Shown here: one piece after another, positions 24,826 to 32,000 of the stretch
Numbering within the stretch: position 1 is the first letter of the stretch
How the letters are laid out: each line of letters opens with the position of its first letter
Source: an uncultured Akkermansia sp.
Lineage (GTDB): Bacteria > Verrucomicrobiota > Verrucomicrobiia > Limisphaerales > UBA9464
Length of the DNA stretch: 32,000 nt
Direction of reading: 5' to 3'
Assembly: GCA_964430505.1 (NCBI GenBank)
Contig: CAYSGH010000018.1
Location: 8,365-40,364 of the forward strand
Program-made: the position numbers and the translations under genes
The notes under the pieces: model-generated
Told to the model about the DNA's origin: nothing
Database searches by the model: none
Seen by the model: the letters and a program-made list of their open reading frames with translations, nothing else

Positions 24826-25043
24826 GTCCACGGCCAACAACACACCCGCCCGGCTGAAGTTTCAACGATGGAGGCGGTCGCCGACAGGCCTTGAGGCCTG
24901 CGTTGGAGCGGGTCATGGGCAAGGGCCGGCCTGCGCGGTGCGGGCGGACAAGCGAGGCCACGCTCGTCGGCCACGCTTGGACCAGCGGCTCCCGGTGGTC
25001 GCCACGCCACGTCGCTGCAAGGGGTCCCCGCCGGAGGAATCCG

Positions 25044-25071
25044 TTGACCCATTGGGGCTCACCGATAGTCT
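25044..25071 (+). promoter_or_regulatory. Weak putative sigma70-like promoter for gapA (TTGACC-N16-TAGTCT)
   Basis: Hexamer-like sequences 25044-25049 and 25066-25071 upstream of gapA. Pattern only. Confidence 0.2.
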
Positions 25072-25084
25072 GCCCTTCCGGTTT

Positions 25085-26160
<1,076 letters not shown>

Positions 26161-26177
26161 CGTCCCTTCCTCCCTCC

Positions 26178-26213
26178 AGGGCGGGCGCGGGACAATCCCA
26201 CGCCCGCCCTTTT
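26178..26213 (+). terminator. Rho-independent terminator after gap
   Basis: AGGGCGGGCG C GGG acaat CCC A CGCCCGCCCT followed by TTT. Confidence 0.85.
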
Positions 26214-26265
26214 GCTTGCGCCTTGCCCCTCCCGCCAGCGCCTCCGGCTCCCCGCCTCCCCCGTC

Positions 26266-26775
26266 ATGTCTCCTCCCTCCGCCATCGCCGCGATGGCTCG
26301 CAACCGCGTGGTGGGCCATGCCAACCGGATCCCATGGCACCTGCCCGGCGACTTCCGGTGGTTCAAGCAGTCCACCCTCGGCGGCATCCTCCTGATGGGG
26401 CGGCGCACCTTTGAGTCCATTGGGCGTCCCTTGCCCGGACGCGAGACCTTCATCCTGTCCCATTCCGGCTATGCCGCGCCGGGCGCGCGCACCTTCCCGG
26501 ACCTTCCCTCCGTGGCTCGGGCGTTGGTGGGCGACCCGCGCCCGGTCTGGGTTTGCGGCGGCGCCGAGGTCTATCGCCAGTGCTTGCCCTACTGCCGCGA
26601 GCTGTACCTGTCGCTCGTGGATGCCGAGCCCGAGGGCGACGCGTGGTTTCCTCCGTTCGAGGATCGGTTCCAAGACGTCGGCGAGGTCCATCGCGACCCA
26701 GGCTTCGTCGTTCACAAGTTTGTCCAAGCCCATCCCGTCCCATGGCCTGGCTCGTCGGAAAACGCCGTTGGTTGA
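26266..26775 (+). CDS. folA: Dihydrofolate reductase
   Basis: AIAAMARNRVVGHANRIPWHLPGDFRWFKQSTLGGILLMGRRTFESIGRPLPGRETFILS…VWVCGGAEVYRQCLPYCRELYLSLV. Confidence 0.93.
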   Translation: MSPPSAIAAMARNRVVGHANRIPWHLPGDFRWFKQSTLGGILLMGRRTFESIGRPLPGRETFILSHSGYAAPGARTFPDLPSVARALVGDPRPVWVCGGAEVYRQCLPYCRELYLSLVDAEPEGDAWFPPFEDRFQDVGEVHRDPGFVVHKFVQAHPVPWPGSSENAVG

Positions 26776-27854
26776 CCCTTGCCCCCGCGCTTTGCCTTGC
26801 GGCGCGGATGTCTGCCCGGGATGTCCCCGGCAAGGTCCCGCCGTCGCGGCTGTTTTGGTGGCCCGACGCTGCGGATCTCCGGTGGACGACCAACGACGAC
26901 GCCGTCGTCGCGGTGGCCCCCCTTGCGACTCCGGGCTTTCGTTGGAGAGAGGCGGTCGTGTCGTGGAACCTTCCCACGAACTGGCCCGCCACCCTGGAAG
27001 CGAGGCCCGTCTTCGGCGGGACGGCCCAGGATGTCCCGTGGTACGTCATCGCGCGATGGTCGGCCGACCCGGCCGTGGCGCCGCGCACCAGCGTGCCCGG
27101 GCAACGCGATGCATGGGCCACGGTGGACACCGACATCCTTCGGGCCATGGAGCCCGCGGCGGCCATCGAGGTGCGCGCGCGGTTTCGCAAGGGCCTCGCG
27201 GCGGCGGCGGGGCCCGTTCGCCTGGGCGTGTCGCTGCTGGGATGGGAAGCCACCGAGTCGCGCCCACCGGGCAACCCCATGGCATGGGGCCGTGCCGTCC
27301 CGGTGCCCGTGCGGTCGCAGGCCGACTATCCGGAGGGGATCCATACTTGGTGCAGCCCCACGAGCCTCACGATGTTGCTGGCGCATGCCTTGCCGGACGC
27401 GAGCGGCTTGGACGCGGGTCTGGACGTGCGCCCCGTGGCGGCGGCGGTGCATGACCCGGGCTGGGGCGGGACGGGCAACTGGCCGTTCAACACGGCGTTC
27501 GCGGGGCAGCAGCCTGGGTTGGCGGCCTGCGTCGCGCGCCTTGGGGGCGTGGGCGACCTCGAGTCGTGGATCGCGTCCGGCCGCCCCGTCGCCGTCTCCG
27601 TGTCGTACGCCCAACTCAAGGGCGCGGCCGAGCCCAGGCCGGGCGACGGGCACTTGGTCGTGGTGTCTGGGTTCACGACCCAGGGGGATGTTCGCGTGCA
27701 GGATCCCGGGGTCGCGCGCGAACGGGTCATGCGCGTGGTGCCAAGGGCCGACTTCGAGCGTGCCTGGGACCATTCGTCACGCACGGCCTACCTGGTGTGG
27801 CCGACGAACCGGGCGGTTCCTGCGGCCTCGCAGGGCCGATGGCCCGAGCGTTGA
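26742..27854 (+). CDS. C39-like peptidase family protein, exported
   Basis: HTWCSPTSLTMLLAHAL (Cys motif) and GHLVVVSGFTTQGDVRVQDP (His motif), with an N-terminal hydrophobic segment. Exact start uncertain (26742 chosen; overlaps folA). Confidence 0.7.
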   Translation: MAWLVGKRRWLTLAPALCLAARMSARDVPGKVPPSRLFWWPDAADLRWTTNDDAVVAVAPLATPGFRWREAVVSWNLPTNWPATLEARPVFGGTAQDVPWYVIARWSADPAVAPRTSVPGQRDAWATVDTDILRAMEPAAAIEVRARFRKGLAAAAGPVRLGVSLLGWEATESRPPGNPMAWGRAVPVPVRSQADYPEGIHTWCSPTSLTMLLAHALPDASGLDAGLDVRPVAAAVHDPGWGGTGNWPFNTAFAGQQPGLAACVARLGGVGDLESWIASGRPVAVSVSYAQLKGAAEPRPGDGHLVVVSGFTTQGDVRVQDPGVARERVMRVVPRADFERAWDHSSRTAYLVWPTNRAVPAASQGRWPER

Positions 27855-27881
27855 GGAGCCCGTGGCGCTCGGACGTGGGGT

Positions 27882-29756
27882 TCACGCCCGGGCGGAGAGT
27901 TCCTCCCATCGGGCATAGAGGCGGGCGACTTCGGCCTTGGCGGCGTCGTGGGCGGCCATGAACTCGGGAGCGCGGGGTCCCACGGACTTGTGGAAGTCGG
28001 GCGAGGCAAGGGTGGCGTCCATCTCGGCGACCTTGCACTCGGCGGCGAGGATGGCCTCCTCCATGCTGGCGAACTCGCGTTGCTCGTTGAACGACAGCTT
28101 GCGCTTGCGGGCGGCGGGCGCGGGGCCGGAAGCCGGGGGCGCGGCCGTGGCGGATGCGGTCCCCGACGCGAGGGCCGAGGCGGCCGGCGCGCTCGCCCGG
28201 CGACGCTTTTCGGCATGGTAGGAAGGGTTGCCCACGACGACGTCCACGCGTCCCTCGCCCTCGAAGGCGATCGTGTGGGTACAGACGCGGTCCAGGAAGT
28301 ACCGGTCGTGGCTGACGACGACCACGCAGCCCGGGAAGCCCATGAGCGCCTCCTCGAGGACGCGGAGGGTGGGGAGGTCGAGGTCGTTGGTGGGCTCGTC
28401 GAGCACGAGGAAGTTGCCGCCGTTCTTGAGGATGCGGGCCAGCAACAGGCGGCTTCGCTCGCCGCCGCTCAGGAGCCGCACGGGCGTGGACATGCGATCC
28501 TCCGGGAACAGGAAGCGCCGCAGGTACGCCCGCAGCGAGAGGCGTTCCTGGCCCCATTGGACCCAGTCGGGGCCGTCGCCCACGGCGTCCAGCAAGGTGC
28601 GGCTCTCGTCGAGCTGGAGGCGGCCTTGGTCCACGTAGTTGAAGCGGGTGAGGGGCCCCACGCGGACCTCGCCCTCGGTGGGCGGCAACGAACCGAGGAG
28701 CACGCGAAGCAGGGAGGTCTTGCCGAGCCCGTTGCGGCCGGTGACGCCCACGCGCGTGCCGGGCGCGAACGACAGGGAGACGTGGGAGAACAACCGGCGG
28801 CCACCAAGGACCAGGCCCACGTCGGAGAGGTCCACGATGCGGTTCCCGAGCTGGGGCGGCGGCGGGATCACGAGGTCCATCTCGCCCTCGCCCGGGGGCG
28901 GCGCCTTCGCGTCGGCCTCGTGGAAGCGGTCGAGGCGCGCCTGCGACTTGCTGGTCTGCGCCTTGGGCCGTCGGCGCACCCACTCGATCTCGCGGCGCAG
29001 GAACATTTGGCGCTTGTGCTCGGAGAGCTCCTCCGCCGCGAGCTTGTCGGCCCGCGCGGCGAGGTACTCGGTGTAGTTGCCCTCGTAGCGCTCGAAGATG
29101 CCGTTGCGCAGCTCGACGATCCCGTTGGCCACCTCGTCGAGGAAGTGCCGGTCATGCGTCACCACGAGGAGCGCGCCCGGGTAGTCCCGGAGGTAGCCCA
29201 CCAGCCACTCGATGCTGCCGGTGTCCAGGTGGTTCGTGGGCTCGTCCAGGACCAGCACGTCCGGCCGCGACACGATGGCACGTGCCAGGGCCACGCGGCG
29301 CTTCTCGCCGCCGGAGAGCCGCGTCACCGGGGCGTCCGGGGGCGGGCACCCGAGCTCGGTGAGCGCCGACTTGATCCGATGTTCCAAGGCCCAGCCGTCA
29401 AAGTGGCGGATGCGCTCCTCGATGTCGGCGTGGCGCGGCGAGTCGCCGGGCAGGCGCTCGAACTCGTCCAGCAGCGCGAGCACGTGGCGCGCGCCCATGC
29501 GCACGTTGGACTGCACGTCGAGTGCCTCGTCGAGGGCGAACTCCTGGGGCAGGTAGCCCATGACCAAGTCGCGTTGCCGCACCACCTCGCCGCCGTCCGG
29601 GGCCAGTTCCCCCATCAAGATGCGCAGGAAGGTGGACTTGCCCGACCCGTTGCGCCCCACCAACCCCACGCGCTCGCCCGCGACCAACCCCATCGTGGCG
29701 TGGTCCAGGAGCACCCGCGTGTTGTGACGAAGGACGATGTCTCGGGCGGTGATCAT
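27882..29756 (-). CDS. uup: ABC-F family ATPase, Uup-type
   Basis: Two ABC cassettes (GLVGRNGSGKSTFLRI, LSGGEKRRVALARAIVSRPDVLVLDEPTNHLD; GVTGRNGLGKTSLLRV, LSGGERSRLLLARILKNGGNFLVLDEPTNDLD), linker, charged C-terminal coiled coil. Confidence 0.92.
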   Translation of the reverse strand: MITARDIVLRHNTRVLLDHATMGLVAGERVGLVGRNGSGKSTFLRILMGELAPDGGEVVRQRDLVMGYLPQEFALDEALDVQSNVRMGARHVLALLDEFERLPGDSPRHADIEERIRHFDGWALEHRIKSALTELGCPPPDAPVTRLSGGEKRRVALARAIVSRPDVLVLDEPTNHLDTGSIEWLVGYLRDYPGALLVVTHDRHFLDEVANGIVELRNGIFERYEGNYTEYLAARADKLAAEELSEHKRQMFLRREIEWVRRRPKAQTSKSQARLDRFHEADAKAPPPGEGEMDLVIPPPPQLGNRIVDLSDVGLVLGGRRLFSHVSLSFAPGTRVGVTGRNGLGKTSLLRVLLGSLPPTEGEVRVGPLTRFNYVDQGRLQLDESRTLLDAVGDGPDWVQWGQERLSLRAYLRRFLFPEDRMSTPVRLLSGGERSRLLLARILKNGGNFLVLDEPTNDLDLPTLRVLEEALMGFPGCVVVVSHDRYFLDRVCTHTIAFEGEGRVDVVVGNPSYHAEKRRRASAPAASALASGTASATAAPPASGPAPAARKRKLSFNEQREFASMEEAILAAECKVAEMDATLASPDFHKSVGPRAPEFMAAHDAAKAEVARLYARWEELSARA

Positions 29757-29799
29757 GGGAAGGGAGAGCGGGGGGCGGGGGGCGGGGTGCGGGGGGCGT
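29757..29799 (-). repeat. Heptameric C-rich (gene-sense) tract abutting the uup start codon
   Basis: In gene orientation: CGCCCCC CGCACCC CGCCCCC CGCCCCC CGCTCTC CCTTCCC ATG. Confidence 0.8.
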
Positions 29800-29839
29800 T
29801 ATGGGCACGGCTCGGCATTCATGGCCCGCGGCCCAAGGG

Positions 29840-30958
29840 TCACATCGAGATTCTTCGGGCGCGGGCCTCGATGGGCCATGGCTCGACGGCTCGGGCGTCG
29901 CGGACGAGCCATGCCTCCTGGTGGAGGGCGACGGTGGGGCAAACGTGCCATGGGATGCCGTAGAGCTCCGACCCAGGTGGCAGGCTGTCGGCGCGCGACG
30001 TCCGCAGCACGAGGTGTTCCTCGCTGTGGGAGACGGGCTCGGCGTCGGGCAGGGCCGGGAACACGACGCGTGGGTGCGGCATCTCGGCGGCGACGGCCTT
30101 GTGCCCAAGGTCGAGGCAGACGAGGCCCGGGGCGGGGCGGCTCACGACGCGCGCGAGCAGCACGACGGCGGGGGAGAAGGGGAGGTCGGGAAGCTTGGTG
30201 GCATATCCGGCGTCCCAGAAGACGGTGGTGCCGGGGCTGAGCTCCACGTTGGGACGGCGCGCATGGATGGCGAAGGTGGGCGATCCTCCGGCCACGATGG
30301 CCGGGACGGCGATGTGTCGTTCACGGAAAGCCTGGGACAGGGCTTCGACGGAGGCGAAGGCTTCGTCGCAGGCGCGCGTGCGCTCGGCGAGGTCCGGGAT
30401 TCCGAGGTGGCCGTCATAGGCGTGCAGCCCGCGCCATGAAAGGCCCGGATGCCGCAGGATCTCGCAGGCGACGTCCACGGCGGCGGGACCGGGAGCGACG
30501 CCGGTGCGATGCTGGCCGATGTCGAGGTCGATCCATGCGCCCACGGCGGGCGCGCCGACCTCCGCGATGGCGGCGGCCAAGGTCCGGACCGGCTCGGGAG
30601 CGTCGAAGACGGCGGAGAAGCGGACGTCGTGGAAGTGATGCGCGAGGCGGGCGAGGCGGGTGGAGGAGGGCCCGACGGGCTGGAGGGCGAGGAGGATGTC
30701 GCGGGCTCCGGCGGCGGCGGCCATCTCGGCCTCGGCGACGGTGGCCACCTTGGCCTTGGTGATGCCGAGCTGGGCTTGGCGTCGCACCAACTGGGGCAGC
30801 TTGTGCGTCTTGAGGTGGGGCCGTAGGCGCGCCGGGTCCCCGGCCACGCGGAGCATGGCGGCGAGGTTGGCCTCCATCCGGGCCTCGTCGATCAGGAGAA
30901 CGGGGGAGGGAAGGTCGCCCGCGTTGCGGAGGGCGTCCCAGGGAAGGGTCACGGGCAT
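29840..30958 (-). CDS. D-threonine aldolase-like PLP-dependent enzyme (alanine racemase N-terminal fold)
   Basis: LPSPVLLIDEARMEANLAAML…RLRPHLKTHKLPQLVRRQAQLGITKAKVATVAEAEMAAAAGARDILLA, HAYDGHLGIPDLAER, LGHKAVAAEMPHPRV, SEEHLVL. Confidence 0.9.
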   Translation of the reverse strand: MPVTLPWDALRNAGDLPSPVLLIDEARMEANLAAMLRVAGDPARLRPHLKTHKLPQLVRRQAQLGITKAKVATVAEAEMAAAAGARDILLALQPVGPSSTRLARLAHHFHDVRFSAVFDAPEPVRTLAAAIAEVGAPAVGAWIDLDIGQHRTGVAPGPAAVDVACEILRHPGLSWRGLHAYDGHLGIPDLAERTRACDEAFASVEALSQAFRERHIAVPAIVAGGSPTFAIHARRPNVELSPGTTVFWDAGYATKLPDLPFSPAVVLLARVVSRPAPGLVCLDLGHKAVAAEMPHPRVVFPALPDAEPVSHSEEHLVLRTSRADSLPPGSELYGIPWHVCPTVALHQEAWLVRDARAVEPWPIEARARRISM

Positions 30959-30971
30959 GGCGCGCGCGGGC

Positions 30972-31433
30972 CTAGGCCAGCTCGAAGATGACCTCAATCT
31001 CGACGGCGATGTTGCCGGGCAACGGGCCCATGCCAACGGCGGATCGTGCGCCGATGCCGTGCTCGGGGCCCCAGATCTCCGCGAAGAGCTCGGAGCAGCC
31101 ATTGATGACCTTGGGATGGTCGTAGAAGTCCGGGGCGGTGTTGACCATGCCGAGGATCTTGATGACGCGCCGGACGCGGTCGAGGGAGCCGAGGTGCGTG
31201 CGCAGGCTGGACAGGATGGCGAGGCCGACCTGGCGGGCGGCGGCGTGCCCGGCGGCGAGGTCGAGGTCGCGCCCGACCACGCCCTTGATCAAGGAGCCGT
31301 CGGTGCAGACGGGGCCGTGGCCGGAGACGTAGGCGGCGTTGTTGAAGACGACGACGGGCTTGTACACCGCCACGGGCTTGGGGGCGGGCGGCAGGACGAG
31401 CTGGAGCTCGGCAAGTCGTGATTCAGCGCTCAT
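30972..31433 (-). CDS. RidA/YjgF family enamine/imine deaminase-like protein
   Basis: AYVSGHGPVCTDGSLIKGVVGRDLDLAAGHAAARQVGLAILSSLRTHLGSLDRVRRVIKILGMVNTAPDF…GIGARSAVGMGPLPGNIAVEIEVIFEL. Confidence 0.9.
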   Translation of the reverse strand: MSAESRLAELQLVLPPAPKPVAVYKPVVVFNNAAYVSGHGPVCTDGSLIKGVVGRDLDLAAGHAAARQVGLAILSSLRTHLGSLDRVRRVIKILGMVNTAPDFYDHPKVINGCSELFAEIWGPEHGIGARSAVGMGPLPGNIAVEIEVIFELA

Positions 31434-31595
31434 GAGGCCCTCAGCATGCATCGGTCACCGTGCTGGACGCGAGCCCGCGTTTGGCCTCGCAACTTCATGT
31501 TGGCGAGGCCGTGGTCCCTCGCGGTGCGGCCGGGGATGGGCTGGGAGGACGCCGTTCCGGGAATCACATCGGACGGGGTCGTGCGCGGTGGCTTC

Positions 31596-32000
31596 CTACC
31601 CCTTCCGGCTGGAGAGGACGAGCCGGTGGACGATGGGCCGGCCCAGGAGCGGGGTGGGCACGCCCTGGAGCCAGTCGGGGTGGCTGTTGCGATAGAATGG
31701 GGACAGGAAGTGGCCGCTCTGTCCGGCCGGGAGGTGCAGGTAGGCGTTGGACTCGTTGCCGGGCTCGATGCCAAACCGTTGGCTCGCCCCGAAGTCGGGC
31801 CCGGCAATCCGGGGGAGGCCGTAGTGGAACCCATGCTGGGGTTCCTCCGGCATGTCGAGCCAGCGCGACAACCACGTCGGCAGCGCGGGGCTCAACCGAT
31901 GCCGCACCTGCGTCCGGTTGATCTCCCCCCAGGGCCGCAGGTCCGCCGGGCGTCCGTCCTTGCTGACGCCCAGCGCGCGCCGCGCCGCCTCCTCCAAGAG
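31596..32000 (-). CDS. Penicillin acylase family protein, C-terminal fragment (5' end beyond window)
   Basis: FGIEPGNESNAYLHLPAGQSGHFLSPFYRNSHPDWLQGVPTPLL matches the typical penicillin amidase C-terminus. The frame continues to the window edge. Confidence 0.7.
   Translation of the reverse strand, partial: LLEEAARRALGVSKDGRPADLRPWGEINRTQVRHRLSPALPTWLSRWLDMPEEPQHGFHYGLPRIAGPDFGASQRFGIEPGNESNAYLHLPAGQSGHFLSPFYRNSHPDWLQGVPTPLLGRPIVHRLVLSSRKG

Noticed and set aside
27727-28983. 418-aa minus-strand and 671-aa plus-strand (27948-29963) ORFs over the ABC-F gene
   Set aside because: Shadow frames of a clear Uup-type ABC-F ATPase.

Overview
High-GC window, probably Verrucomicrobia-like (inference from gene style only), densely packed with chromosomal genes. 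No rRNA, tRNA, CRISPR array or mobile element was recognised. Left to right: (1) 3' part of a type II secretion/type IV pilus-like operon (GspL/PilM-N-like, GspM/PilO-like, GspC-like), ending in a secretin split into two consecutive same-frame ORFs. They are separated by one TAG, the second ORF has its own signal peptide, and the split falls inside the last N-domain. (2) A minus-strand block: a tandem GTP-cyclohydrolase-II-like protein with an intact first domain and a degenerate second domain, a SIS-like protein, a hypoxanthine phosphoribosyltransferase and an LD-carboxypeptidase. (3) A divergent plus-strand block: TonB-dependent receptor, NUP-family nucleoside protein, exported adenosine deaminase-like protein, exported SAM hydrolase (DUF62), AzgA/NCS2 purine permease and exported MTA/SAH-nucleosidase-like protein. 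This looks like a purine/SAM-nucleoside acquisition locus acting in the cell envelope, and it is the best candidate for an undescribed system. (4) Phosphonatase-like HAD protein, Tat-type FAD oxidoreductase, MoaA with an insertion, ABC-2 exporter pair, gapA, folA, C39-like peptidase, Uup-type ABC-F ATPase, D-threonine-aldolase-like PLP enzyme plus RidA, and the C-terminus of a penicillin acylase. Degenerate heptameric pyrimidine-rich repeats recur immediately 5' of several start codons. All functional names come from reading motifs; no database search was run.
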